Shown piece after piece: positions 11,301 to 24,310 of a DNA stretch of 64,000 bases. The DNA lies in assembly GCA_965644295.1 (NCBI GenBank), contig CBFFRP010000342.1, positions 107,129 to 171,128 of the forward strand. Direction: 5' to 3'. Made by a program: the position numbers and the translations under genes. Source of the stretch: Paraphysomonas bandaiensis. Taxonomy: Eukaryota; Protista; Chrysophyceae. Numbering within the stretch: position 1 is the stretch's first letter; each line of letters starts with the position of its first letter. The notes beneath the pieces were generated by a model. It saw only the letters and a program-made list of their open reading frames with translations, was not told the DNA's origin and made no database searches.

Positions 11301-13280
11301 GGCCTGAAGACACCGCTGTAAAGTGCTGGTCACTACTCGGGCACCGGTTAGTACACCCTCAGTCCGTCTAGCAATGAATGTCTTTTCTGATACACCCCCG
11401 AAAACAATACGTGCATTGTGACAATGAGGGCCATGCGAGCTGCGTGAAAGTGAGATTATTATATATTGTTCGAACAAAACACTTGTGATTAACCTGTAAA
11501 AAGCGTCATAGGAAATTTGTAGATTGAATCCCGCATTAACTTGGGCGTGGGCATTGTGTTCTCGAATGCATATCTTATAGGAGTCAGCAACGGTGTTTAT
11601 TGCTCCCGGTGACAAACTGTACGGCTCAGACTCCATAACATCCAGAGAAAGGATAAGAAGTGCGCTATCATCACCAGCGCGCTGCGCAGAAAAGTTATAT
11701 ATTACACCAATTTCTCGGCACTGCTGTATAGCTACAGACTGCGCACGAACTATACATCTACTACGCATACGAAACAACAACAACTCTTTACACTAAGCTT
11801 CTCCACCTGAATAAAGTCACCCATTGACATTGAAGAAACTGTTCCATCTTCTCCACATACTCTCAGGGTAGCTTTCGCCATTGTAAGTGAGAGTACTCCA
11901 TCAGAGGGAAAGGAGGAATGCTTGCGGAATATTCCCAGATTACCAGCCCAGGTTCCTGCATTGCGAACCTAAATATAGTTTTGATTGTTACATATATGTA
12001 GGCACATCGGAATTGCAACACTATAATAGTACCTGAGTATTAGCAATGCGCTGGAGGTGGTGTGCAGTCACAGAAAAGATACTGTGGTGATTGACTCCAT
12101 CGGCTTCCTTCCCAGCAGATGCGTTGGCATGCTTGTTGAGAAGGGCAATGAGTTCTGTCAGTGTAGCGGTAGCTCCAACACGTAGAACTCGAGTCTCGGG
12201 GTCGAATGATACAGAGTACATCTCAGGGACAGCATTGACATCAATAAATACATTATACGCATCTTCTCTGTTGTACGGCGCAGTGCCGTTCAGATACTTG
12301 GTAACGCCAATCGAAGTGTTACCACCCACCAATTGAACGGACGCATCAGTACGATAGTAGTTGGAGAGAACAGCTGATAGCTGCTCGATATTTATGGGGC
12401 GGTACCAGTGCTGAGTGGAAGAGTAAAAGTGTAGGGGGGCGGGTGTATATGTCACTTTAGAATGCACGGGATTAGTACTACTTCTGGTGCATTTGTTGGT
12501 ATGAGAATGCGTCTTCACCGTTCCACACATGTCTTCGATCGCACCATCACAGGGAAGACCAGTTGTACCGCACATGCCACGCACTGGATTACATGCTGCG
12601 CTACCAGCAGAAGAACACGACTTGAATGCCTTCAGTATAGGCTTATACCCCGTGCACCGACATATGTTGCCATCAAAATACTTTTCAAGATCTTTACCGG
12701 TGGTGGGGACTGAACCGCCTTCCTGTTGAGCAGTGTTAAGAGCATGCATGTTCGATACCCATCCGGGAGTACAATATCCACATTGCGTTCCACTATGATC
12801 CACCAATGACTGCTGTTCTTTCGAAAGGCCTGATGATATCGACCCAATACCTTCAACAGTTGTGATACGCATTCCATCATTCGTACATAATGGACGTAAA
12901 CATGAGTTCACTGATACAGTTCCCTCTGGTTTCGTTAATACCACAGTACATGCACCACATCCCCCTTCTTCACATCCAAGTTTTGTCCCTTTAAGTCCAG
13001 CTTTATCTCGTATATACGTAGCTAACAACTCCGAGGGGTTTGGATTAATTAACTTAACTTCCATTTCATTTAATATAAAAGTTAATTCATTTGACCATGG
13101 AATAGAATCCACTGAGAGAGGGCTGGAAGGGGTTGAGGGGGTCTCTGAGGGGTTGGATGAGGAGAGGCGTGTGTATGTATGATTCTTGTCGTCTCTATCC
13201 TGAAATATCCATAAAATAAATAGACAGACAAGGATAACACACGAGATGAAGAGGAGGAGAGTGATGGGATCAGATGACAT
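8316..13280 (-). CDS. Aldehyde oxidase / xanthine dehydrogenase family molybdoflavoprotein (multi-exon)
   Basis: GTKLGCEEGGCGACTV and QCGYCTPG..GNICRCTGY (2Fe-2S), LVGGNT (FAD), GQSHFYME, GGGFGGK, GQGINTKVAQ, DIGQIEGGFVMG, SKAVGEP; several GT-AG introns; first ATG at 13280. Confidence 0.93.
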
Positions 13281-13352
13281 TCTTGAGATTGTCTGCTGAG
13301 AGATAAACGACAAATGAGACTATAAGACCAACAACAACAACACCGTAAGTAC

Positions 13353-13715
13353 ATGTATGTATGTATGTATGTATGTATGTATGTATGTATGTATGTATGT
13401 ATGTATGTATGTATGTATGTATGTATGTATGTATGTATGTATGTATGTATGTATGTATGTATGTATGTATGTATGTATGTATGTATGTATGTATGTATGT
13501 ATGTATGTATGTATGTATGTATGTATGTATGTATGTATGTATGTATGTATGTATGTATGTATGTATGTATGTATGTATGTATGTATGTATGTATGTATGT
13601 ATGTATGTATGTATGTATGTATGTATGTATGTATGTATGTATGTATGTATGTATGTATGTATGTATGTATGTATGTATGTATGTATGTATGTATGTATGT
13701 ATGTATGTATGTATG

Positions 13716-13749
<34 letters not shown>

Positions 13750-14191
13750 TGTATGTATGTATGTATGTATGTATGTATGTATGTATGTATGTATGTATGT
13801 GTGTATGTATGTATGTATGTATGTATGTATTTATGTATGTATGTATGTATGTATGTATGTATGTATGTATGTATGTATGTATGTATGTATGTATGTATGT
13901 ATGTATGTATGTATGTATGTATGTATGTATGTATGTATGTATGTATGTATGTATGTATGTATGTATGTATGTATGTATGTATGTATGTATGTATGTATGT
14001 ATGTATGTATGTATGTATGTATGTATGTATGTATGTATGTATGTATGTATGTATGTATGTATGTATGTATGTATGTATGTATGTATGTATGTATGTATGT
14101 ATGTATGTATGTATGTATGTATGTATGTATGTATGTATGTATGTATGTATGTATGTATGTATGTATGTATGTATGTATGTATGTATGTATG

Positions 14192-14225
<34 letters not shown>

Positions 14226-14420
14226 TGTATGTATGTATGTATGTATGTATGTATGTATGTATGTATGTATGTATGTATGTATGTATGTATGTATGTATGT
14301 ATGTATGTATGTATGTATGTATGTATGTATGTATGTATGTACATATGTATGTAAGTATGTATGTATGTATGTATGTATGTATGTATGTATGTATGTATGT
14401 ATGTTTGTATGTATGTATAG
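13353..14420. repeat. (TATG)n microsatellite, about 1.07 kb
   Basis: Nearly pure tetranucleotide array between two divergent genes. Confidence 0.99.
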
Positions 14421-14660
14421 GTAGGTAGGTACTCTCTCTCTATATATGGGTATGGGTGGCCAGGGATGGATATCAGCGTATTCTTCTGTATATTGCGTAT
14501 TTCTCTGGTTGGTTATGTTAAGGTGGGGAGGGTATGGATGTGGATGTGTCCAGAGGGAGGGTGCAGCTATCTATCTATTGATCTATCTATCTATTGATCT
14601 CTCAGCTATCTGGTGGAGGGAGTTATCTATCTATCATCATCACACCATACAACATCCATC

Positions 14661-16280
14661 ATGAGTGAAGGAGTATCAACATTCTCTGGTATATGCGTCG
14701 CTGTGAACATGATGATTGGTGCAGGGTTTCTTGCAATGCCATCAGCCTTATCATCCGCAGGCATCATATCCTCCATCATCATACTATCCATTATATGTTA
14801 CTGGATGATCATTACATGCACATGGGAGGGAAGGGCAGTCGTTCGAGCAGGAAGATATCTTCAAAGTGGTAGAAAAATACCAGAAGTAACTGAAGCTTTT
14901 AATTTATATTGCGGGAAATCTTGGAGGGACATATACGCTTCAGTTTTAGGGATATCTTTCATTAGTTGTTCATGGGTACTGGCTATTCTCTTTGCTCATA
15001 CACTCTCATCATCCCTCCCTTCTATATATCATCCTGAGGTTGTGTGTACAGCGGGCGATACAGACTCGATTTGCAATACCCGATACTCTATCAATGTATT
15101 TATTCTCTTTGTAATAACCACTCCACTCGCTCTTATGGATATCTCAGAACAATGGTGGATACAGAATACTCTAACGGCTATTCGTGTTATGCGCATGATC
15201 CTTATGTGTGTAACACCTTTATTGGCCTGGAGCACTGAGGCTCTACAGGTTTCGTTTCCTGTTACCTTGCAGTCGTCCTCACCTGCACCTCCTGTCCTTT
15301 TCATGGGCTCATGGTATGGTCTTGCGCAGATTTTAAGTGCGGCTATATTTTCCCAGTATCTCAACGCCAGCATCCCTATCCTTGTGGATGCCCTCAAGGA
15401 CCGCAACAATTTCATGCGTGTTCTGAAGACCACTTTCTTTTTCTGCCTTTTTTTATATATTGTCCTCTCAATTATTGTGTCCGTGCAGTTCGGAGATAAA
15501 TCGGCCAATCCATGTAACTTGAACTGGACAGGGTATCGATGGCCAGGTACTTCTAGTGAGAACTGCCCTGTGGGGTCTTTTTGCGACCTTTCCGCCCGGG
15601 CGGTAGAATTTATTGTCGTTTTTTGCCCTGCTGTGGACGTAGCAAGTGCATATCCTTTCATTGGCATCATCATGGGGAATAGCATGACTGAGATAGCCCT
15701 AGGAGTGCCTATGCGTGAGGTGACAGTGGACAGTAGTGAGAACCAGGAAAGAGGTGTCGTTTCTTTCGATGCGATTGTGACCCCTCCAGCTCATGGGGGG
15801 CATGCGGATGTTTCCCTGGGAGGGGAGGGTATGAGACACTACATGTTGCTAAATAAGGCGTTCAGATTCGCCATGAACACACTTCCAATGGTTTTGGCAG
15901 TAACTGTCACTGACTTTTCGACTGTGATTCAGGTTACAGGTGGCATATCTGTTATTATTTGCCTCGTCTTTCCAGCGTACCTGAGCCTTAAGTGCAACGA
16001 ATACATGTCTAGACACGGATGGACCTACGGGTGTGGAGAAGATATAGTGGGCGGGGAATATCTACAGTGGGTGGATGGAACAGCATACAAACCCCCGGCC
16101 TCAACTTTACATTCTGGATATGGAAGCATACCCCAACACGACCCTAGTCACTCTGCCTACAACCCAACAGCTGCGCCTCACAGTGACGAAATCATTGAAA
16201 ACCCCACTTTCAAGCGAGTGTTCTTGTGGGTGGGCGTCATCATGACGGGTGTGATCTTATATATTAGCGTTAAATTTTAG
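14661..16280 (+). CDS. Amino-acid transporter (Aa_trans/AAAP family, TMEM104-like)
   Basis: N-terminal NMMIGAGFLAMP motif, roughly 10-11 hydrophobic segments, C-terminal GG....LVFPA; ATG at 14661. Confidence 0.85.
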   Translation: MSEGVSTFSGICVAVNMMIGAGFLAMPSALSSAGIISSIIILSIICYWMIITCTWEGRAVVRAGRYLQSGRKIPEVTEAFNLYCGKSWRDIYASVLGISFISCSWVLAILFAHTLSSSLPSIYHPEVVCTAGDTDSICNTRYSINVFILFVITTPLALMDISEQWWIQNTLTAIRVMRMILMCVTPLLAWSTEALQVSFPVTLQSSSPAPPVLFMGSWYGLAQILSAAIFSQYLNASIPILVDALKDRNNFMRVLKTTFFFCLFLYIVLSIIVSVQFGDKSANPCNLNWTGYRWPGTSSENCPVGSFCDLSARAVEFIVVFCPAVDVASAYPFIGIIMGNSMTEIALGVPMREVTVDSSENQERGVVSFDAIVTPPAHGGHADVSLGGEGMRHYMLLNKAFRFAMNTLPMVLAVTVTDFSTVIQVTGGISVIICLVFPAYLSLKCNEYMSRHGWTYGCGEDIVGGEYLQWVDGTAYKPPASTLHSGYGSIPQHDPSHSAYNPTAAPHSDEIIENPTFKRVFLWVGVIMTGVILYISVKF

Positions 16281-17115
16281 CTTTACAATACATGAATTTA
16301 TTTACGTAGTTTCTATAGTTGGATAGTGTAGCACCTGTGGAATTTAGTATAAACGTTTCCTTGTGAGGATTAGGATCTTGAAGTAGTACGTATAAAATTG
16401 AGTAATATACTAATGTCAAGTAGTACAGCACTATTACTAAGTAAAACGTATTCATTGCATCTTTGTTAGAAAGACTGTAACGTCTAAAAATCATTCCGTA
16501 TCATGGAGTGCTCCGAGAGATCAAATAAGTGAGACTTTATTGATATATGGTGGTTATACTTAATCATCATTACAAACTATATGACCTCCCATATGAACAA
16601 AATACAGAAAAAAGAATGTATATTATCAGGTTTGCGGCTTTTACTTCTAGGAGAAGGTGTTGTTGAGTTTTGCTTAAAGTTGAACAATTTTTACAAATGA
16701 GATATATTGTCATGTTCGTTGAAATATCTTGTCACATCAATTTTGGTGTGACTATTTAGTCAACTAGTTCAATAACCTCGTTGTTAGTGTTCAACAGTTA
16801 CAAGGTCGAGCTAAAGTTTTCATTCGAAAACATGTTAGTATAATCCACTCATATAACCATATAACATAATACATGCAGACTGCAGACAATGTATGAGTCA
16901 TGTTTCCGCTGCTAGGGTTTTATATTAAAAGTGACTAGTTTCAAACCATCCTTACGATAACGAAATATGGTATTCACAGAGTACATTTATTCTTAACATT
17001 AGGTAGTTTTACTTTGACTTTGTCACTATATTAATCACTAGTACTGATAGCAGACGCGCTTACCACTTAACTCTACTAATCTACCAATAAGAGACCATAC
17101 ACCAGTACTATATCC

Positions 17116-19710
17116 TCAGGATTGTGCATCGCCTGAATTTAGACCCCTTATAGCATTACTCTCTCTGCACGAGTCAATAAAACGCTTCCAATTATTGTCC
17201 CTATGTAATACATCTGGATTCCCAACAACGATTAGCAATGCCTTCGCTCTGGTGATTGCCACGTTAAAACGCTTGGCATTAGACACAAATCCTAAGTTTA
17301 AATTGATGTCCGTTTCAATGAATTGATGGCACGAACGAACAGTGGACATAATTATCACTAGTTTTTCTTGACCTTGGAATTGTTCACAACTTCCCACCGC
17401 AATGTCGCGAATGTTTTCATGTTTCAAAGCGGTATTGAGTTTACTAACCTGCTTTTGATATGGAGCAATGATACCAATATCGCTGCAATTCACATTATTC
17501 ACATTATTTGTTATCAACTTCTTCACGTAGGATACAATAACTTCTATTTCCGAGGAGTTGAACCAGCTCGGGCTGGATCCTTCCCGTTCATTCTTACCAC
17601 TGGTTGCATGAAATATAATAGGGAATGTAGTATTAGGAAGTTCTTGCCAACCACACATTCTATGAGTTATAGCAGTATTTCCCGACGGAATAAGCTCGTT
17701 ATCATAAAATAACTCATTAGGAACTGCAATTATACTTGGGTGACAGCGATAGCACCTAACAAGTTTCGTAATAAAGCGTGGATCGTAACCAGTGTTACCA
17801 CGCCGTTTATACAACTGACATGTGGATGACAAACGCTCCATCATAGAAAGTTCTAATCCCTTTTTCCCAGCATCTGGGTTCATGGTTGTAGGCGAGAGTT
17901 GTTTATGATCACCTGCTAGTATGAGACGACCTTTTCTCTGTCCTCGAATACATGCCATTGTCTCAGCCTCCCAAGCATATCCAGCTTCATCAAGTACTAT
18001 CATGTCAAAGTGGTTTTCCGGAATACCTATGTTGTATAATTTTCCCGCCATGGCGCAAGTAGATACGATCACAGAGAAAGCACATAGATCTTTCAGTTTT
18101 GGTAGCACATAACCACCACTCACGTCACAGTACTTACAAAAACGTTCAACGTCTTCTGGGACATCAGACCGTCCAAACGCCATCAATCGAAACATATGCT
18201 TCTGATTTAGCTGATGTGACAGACGCTGACATAATAGATTAGCAGCAGAATTGCTTGTAGCGCACACAAGCACATGCTTCTTTCTGTCCAAAACAAATTG
18301 ATGAATTAATTCAACTACGGTGACAGTTTTTCCAGTTCCTGGAGGGCCGAATATAACATATGGAATGTGCCTATATTCGGAAGCTAGTGCTGATTTGATC
18401 GCAAGTTGCTGCTCCTCATTTAAATCTCTATTGAAAAACTGCAAGTCTGGATTTGGAAGATTGGCATTATGTAAAGAAATATGTGACTGGCGTGGGAATA
18501 TCCATGAAACTCGACAATTTTTGGCCAAATCTAGAGCCTGGTGTAGTATCCTAATGGTACTCCGTGACAAAGTAAACCTGATATGGTACGTATTCGAATC
18601 TTTGTGCTTCATATGGAATAAAGAGTGAAATTTTAATAGCACATTGTCGAGCTGTATCTCGTGCACATACCCGGAATACGTTTTCGAGTCTAGCACTGCA
18701 TGAATCGCATCACCTCGAACTATAGATGGCCGCTTTTCCAATAATCCCTGGACACGTAGACGCAACAGTCCTCCGTTAGTACGTTTCAATTTGCCGTCAG
18801 GGATGTCATATATTTGAAGATTTCTCGCTACATATGATTCTTCTGCCCACAGCAGTTTGTGCTGAAATTCAAAGTATGTTTTCATGTCATTTCTCGTAAC
18901 TTCCTCCTTTACAATGAGAGAGTTGATGTCATCATCCAATTTCAATCTTCTAGGAATGGGATACCGAGAAGGTTTGCATTTGAAACTGTACATTAATAAA
19001 AGATTTACATCATTGTTGTTAAGATTGTTGCGTTCTAATACTCACGTTGACGTGTCACTACTGGGCTTCACTCCCCCATAGTCCACTTTATCTCTACCAT
19101 GAGATGACCTCACCTTCTTCTTCTTATAGGAAGATGTTGGCTTTAACAACTCCATGAGAGCCTTATTACCACATGTGAATTGGATTAAATAACAGACTGC
19201 ACATGCTTCAAACTCTAGTGTGATGATCGCATCATAGACTGCTACTTCACACGGTTGAAAGGCTATGGAAATACCAAGAGATCCCTCAGGAGGTAACTCC
19301 ATCCCCTCATAAGTGCTATCAGGTGATACTGATGTAAAACAATTATGTTTCTGATCGATATGGATAGATTGTAAGATATGTGTATGTGGACTGCTATTAT
19401 GAGCTCTTAGTATGAAAGTCTGTGTATCAAGCGGCTTTACGTATGTATTCATATGATCTGATGATATAGTGATCCCCCGTATAGTCCTCATACACTCAAC
19501 TACAGCCTGACTACTATTTGATGTCTCATGTACGTGAATAAGATCAGAGGATCGAAGTATTGGAAGTAGTTTAGTACGATTGGATAAGCCTTCTGGTTTG
19601 GGACATACAGCACGGATACGTTGAATCGATAGCGAGTCGTTGATTTGAATTAGATACTTATAGATGCTCCATACCCATGAGTCAATCATTTCATTCCTAG
19701 ATAAGGGCAT
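17116..19710 (-). CDS. MOV10: MOV10/SDE3-like SF1 (Upf1-like) RNA helicase, 2 exons
   Basis: GLLEKRPSIVRGD, FGPPGTGKT, DEAG, GDHKQL, EREGSSPSWFN..E, FQGQE and RFNVAITRAKALL motifs; a 60-nt GT-AG intron (18986-19045) joins the upstream exon in frame. Confidence 0.9.
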
Positions 19711-21405
19711 GAGTCTTGTCTTCTTGATAGGATACGATAGTTCAGATATGATCGAGATGATATCGCTGTGTGTGTGCATGTATGTATGGATGGATGCATG
19801 TATGTGCAAGATGCCGACGCTACCCCAACACGCCCATTTTTTGGGTAGTCCCAAATCTGGACTCGATCGGATTCTAGAGTTGTGTATGGGCAGTCAGCAT
19901 CTTATTTTTTCGGAAATATATTGAAGCAACAATCCTCTATATATACTCCATATTACTGATATACAACTACGGCTGGAATACAGATAATTGTTGTCTCAAT
20001 ATATGAGGCATATTAGAACAAAAATATACGTTGAACATAGCCCACTCCTCATATATACAAATATATACAGAAGGTATTTAGTATAAAAGTGCCAGTTTTT
20101 ATGTATATATCCACGATTTTTAGAATAAAAACTATATTGTGGGAGTTTTTTCTAAAACTGTTACTCAGCTTCACAATGACAGCAGTGTGTGTATTGAATG
20201 CACTGCTGATGAGCACAGAGCATAGTCGAGCCATCAATTGATGACTGCAGACACTCTACACATGCAATACATCACATTTCATCTTCCCATATACGTGGTC
20301 TTCCCGTTCCCTGGCTGAGGGCCATGACGTTGAGTGATATCCGAATAGCATTAACGGACACAGTGGACAGAGCAACCTCATGCAACCAGATACTTATAGT
20401 TAGAGAGATATAATCACATCTACTGCATATATATAACACCAAATCTCTACATGTATATCAATGCTTTAGTTATATTTCATCACGGGTTATATGGTGGCGA
20501 TATCATCCGGTGAAAATATCTAGAATGTATTGCTAGTTGTAGCTTGCTTGTTGTAAGAAGAGGTTGTTGTTCCCTGATAAATATTAAGGAAGCTAATAAA
20601 TCAAAGTATAGATTTAATCAATGGTATCTACATGAGGGTTTGGCAATTGTACTAGAGTAACTCAAAAAAAAAATTAACCGAAATTCAAATAGCTACAACC
20701 ACTGTACATCTACCACAGAAGGGTTTTTAACGGAATAGCCATACGATGCTTCTTGTTGTCGTTAGTATCATCACAATACGCTTGACCTCTGCTACTGCAA
20801 CTGACTCGAATGTTGTACTATGTGGGGTACAAAGTACACCATCCTGATAAGTGCGACTTGCCCCTAATTCTAAATGCAATGAAATATTGAATAACTTTGG
20901 AATGACTGTCAATATCACAATTAAGATGGAAAATAGATTCTGTTCGAACCGAATATTGAAATTGAATGTTTATATTTTACCGGCGCTTGTACGAGCGTTC
21001 AGTTGAACCCAATTTAGATCAAAGAAACTAAGACAAAATTGGGAAAAGTATATATTGAGATTATCTAACTAAGTCGAAGTTGGGTGTACCATTTTGCAAA
21101 CAGAAAAGATTATGATAAACGAAGTCAATGTAGTTATGGTTGTAACGTAAAGAGGTATGATATGTAATGCTAAAAATCATGCTGATGCACGGTTATCACA
21201 ACAAGCAAGGGAAATTGTTATGTACAAAGAAAGCGAATAAAGTAAAGTAATAATATTTAAGAGGAGCCCCATTTTGACCTCTGAACGAAGCCACCGCAGG
21301 ACACCACTTCTCATCTATCAGCATATAGCGGGTCATGTGAATACCACCCCAGAATATCAGGGTGTCTACCCCTAGCAGCATATTGGCAAGATAATACATT
21401 CCAAG

Positions 21406-22785
21406 TCATGGAGGGTCTTGTGAACGAAGCCACTGAAGAACATCAAAGTGGCCTCCCTCTGCAGCAACTCTGCAAATCTCTGCATCCCAAGGGCACGGTG
21501 GGTCCTGTGAGCGAAGCCACTGCAGTACATCCAGGTGACCACTCCTAGCAGCATATTGGCAAGTCCACTCATCCCATGGGCATGGAGGGTCCTGTGAGCG
21601 AAGCCACTGCAGAACATCCAAGTGTCCTCCATCTGCAGCATATTCGCAAATCAGATTATCCCTCCAAGTAGGATCCTGTGAACAAAGCCATTTCAGAACA
21701 TCCAAGTTTCCATACCTAGCAGCAAACTGGCGGGGTATTTCACCCATTGGACATGGAGGGTCCTGTGAACGAAGCCACTGAAGAACATCCAAGTGCCCAC
21801 TCCTAGCAGCATATTGGCAAGTCCACTCATCCCATGGACATGGAGGGTCCTGTGAGCGAAGCCACTGCAGTACATCCAGGTGACCACTCCTAGCCGCAAC
21901 ACGGCAAGTCCACTCATCCCATGGGCATGGAGGGTCCTGTGAGCGAAGCCACTGCAGAACACCCAAGTGTCCTCCATCTGCAGCATATTGGCAAATCAGA
22001 TTATCCCTCCAAGTAGGATCCTGTGAACAAAGCCATTGCAGAACATCCAAGTTTCCATGAATAGCAGCAAACTGGCGGGTCATTTCACCCATTGGACATG
22101 GAGGGTCCTGTGAACGAAGCCACTGCAGAAAATTCAAGTGTCCATTACTAGCTCCAGTTTGGCAAGTCCGTTCATCCCATGGACATGGTGGGTTCTGTGA
22201 GCGAAGCCACGTCAGTACATCTAGATGTCTACCAAAACCAGCGTACTGGCAAGTTAATTCATCCCATGGGCATGGAGGGTCCTGTGAGCGAAGCCACTGC
22301 AGAACATCCAAGTGTCCTCCTCCTGCTGCAGAGTGGCAAGTCCATTCATCCCATGGACATGGTGGGTCCTGTGAGCGAAGCCACTTCAAAACATCCAAGT
22401 GTCCACCAATTGCAGCAGCATTGCAAGTTTCTCCATCCCATATGTGTATAGGGTCCTCTGTATGTGCATGGTGTCTTAAGAGGTGTTTCATCTGCTGTAG
22501 TCTGCCGTATAGTGCACATGTATTCATCATCAGTGTGTATGGGCAGCCCATAGACAGAGCCCATGAGACCATTGAGTTGGTCATACAGTAGTGAGATGCA
22601 CGTGACTCAAGTCTCTCTCTGCTCTTGTCTCTCCTCCTATCAGCCATATCGTGAAGTCTCTTACTAGTCATGACCACAGGAAGAAGAGCTGCGTGTGGGA
22701 TCATAGAGATGATCAGATGCAACACATCATCGTTAAGAACAGAGATATGCGACATATATGAACACTGATGATATGATGAGGGCAT
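21406..22785 (-). CDS. F-box-like N-terminus plus 29-aa ankyrin-like (WLRSQDPPCPWD) repeat protein
   Basis: LNDDVLHLIISMIP F-box-like start; about 12 repeats C..AA..GHLDVLQWLRSQDPPCPWDE with an 87-nt period. Confidence 0.85.
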   Translation of the reverse strand: MPSSYHQCSYMSHISVLNDDVLHLIISMIPHAALLPVVMTSKRLHDMADRRRDKSRERLESRASHYCMTNSMVSWALSMGCPYTLMMNTCALYGRLQQMKHLLRHHAHTEDPIHIWDGETCNAAAIGGHLDVLKWLRSQDPPCPWDEWTCHSAAGGGHLDVLQWLRSQDPPCPWDELTCQYAGFGRHLDVLTWLRSQNPPCPWDERTCQTGASNGHLNFLQWLRSQDPPCPMGEMTRQFAAIHGNLDVLQWLCSQDPTWRDNLICQYAADGGHLGVLQWLRSQDPPCPWDEWTCRVAARSGHLDVLQWLRSQDPPCPWDEWTCQYAARSGHLDVLQWLRSQDPPCPMGEIPRQFAARYGNLDVLKWLCSQDPTWRDNLICEYAADGGHLDVLQWLRSQDPPCPWDEWTCQYAARSGHLDVLQWLRSQDPPCPWDAEICRVAAEGGHFDVLQWLRSQDPP

Positions 22786-24310
22786 ATGAGGCTAGCAGAG
22801 TGTTAAGATATGCATATACGACCTGCTGTGTACTGCTATATGCATATGATGATGCTCCTGTACCCACACCGCCCAATGTATACATATCCGAATATCTGAG
22901 TGTTGAACCAGCAAAAAAATCCATGCTTTTTTGATGCATGTTGTTTTTTGACGAATATATTTCAGAGAAATAACGAAAAAAGGTCGATTTTTTTGCTGGA
23001 TCGACTTATTCCACTGAAGGATATGCATATAGGGAACAGAATACAATGACTCGATGTCGTTGCGGAATCCAGGCATTTATGATATTTGTACAGGATCCTA
23101 TAAAGAAATTAGCTTATATTCAGACATTAACATAAAAATCCCTTATTTTTACTATAAAAGTACTTAAAAATCTATCATTTTTCAGGAGCACTCATATATC
23201 TCAGCAGTGCACTGGCCATTTAGTGGACACCAGCACGTAGAAACAGTGCAGTGCTCATGTTAAAGTGAACGCTGCATATCAGCACAACAAGAGTGAACTA
23301 ATATCACATGTGACTATCCTTTTTATGCATAGTAGTGTGTGCTTCAATAGCACTATAAGGGATGCAGTGGAGAGGAGGGATAAGTGCACTAATATGAGTG
23401 TAAAGGGAGCGTCTGGCAGGGCTATGGAACAATATATTGATTGGTAGACTGGTCAAATATTCCATCAATATTGTTTCTGTTAAAGTGGCTCACAATAGTA
23501 TTGCAATATATTGCAATCAATATTATGATACAGTATTCCTATAAGAAATGATTTTCTTATGTAGATAAATATCTGGGAAAATATGAAAAAGCCGAACTAA
23601 ATACTAATAAGAAGAGACGCCTGAAAGATGAATGCTTACTTACAAGAGTAGAGATATTCACAGCTGTTTGAAGTCCGACTTAAGACTTAATCTTACTGTC
23701 AATGAGCTCATCTGATGAGCTTCATACAGACCTGTTAATGGGCTAATGGGGGAGTTAAAGCAAAGTAAGAGTGCTTCCTTGATACGCGGCCATACCCCTC
23801 TGTCACACGATATTATGTTCTGCTCGAGTGGTTGCGTATAAGAGATTCTGTATCAGTAATCAGAGGCCACCGGATGCAGTGACTGATATGATTCGACATG
23901 ATTCTTACTGCTCGACAGAATTACGATATCACCAGAATATCTTCCATTTAATTTTTGTGAGAAGTGATTAATAGAAAGAAGATATGTTTAGGTAATATAA
24001 CTACAAAGATACGTAGGAAGTATATAGGACTGTTAGAACGATAGCTACGTGGTATCATCATCAAATGTTTGCGGAAGAACATTTCTGATGATATCATGTA
24101 GCTTTAGCTCTAGCAGTAGCTGTAACAGCCTTGCGTATTGCGCATAATTCACTTTGCAATGTGCAATGCGCATAGGTAACTTATCTTTAGTACGGCTACT
24201 ATAGTAGCATCCACCCATTAAAGCTCTGATGCAAAATATACACGATTTAAAGATTTAATATATACAGCAACTTTGAAACTACAACAATTTAATACAGCAA
24301 CTATATTCTA

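Noticed and set aside
13082-14428. Long MYVC/HTYI ORFs (also at 28.8-29.4 kb, 33.8 kb and 54.0-54.8 kb)
   Set aside because: Translations of stop-free tetranucleotide microsatellites.
21406-21408. TGA at a Cys position as possible selenocysteine readthrough
   Set aside because: An adjacent frameshift and a degenerate downstream repeat indicate decay; no SECIS recognised.
23703-23722. CTGATGA hammerhead-like cores (also near 20206, 26982, 36102)
   Set aside because: No properly placed stem II plus GAAA and cleavage triplet.
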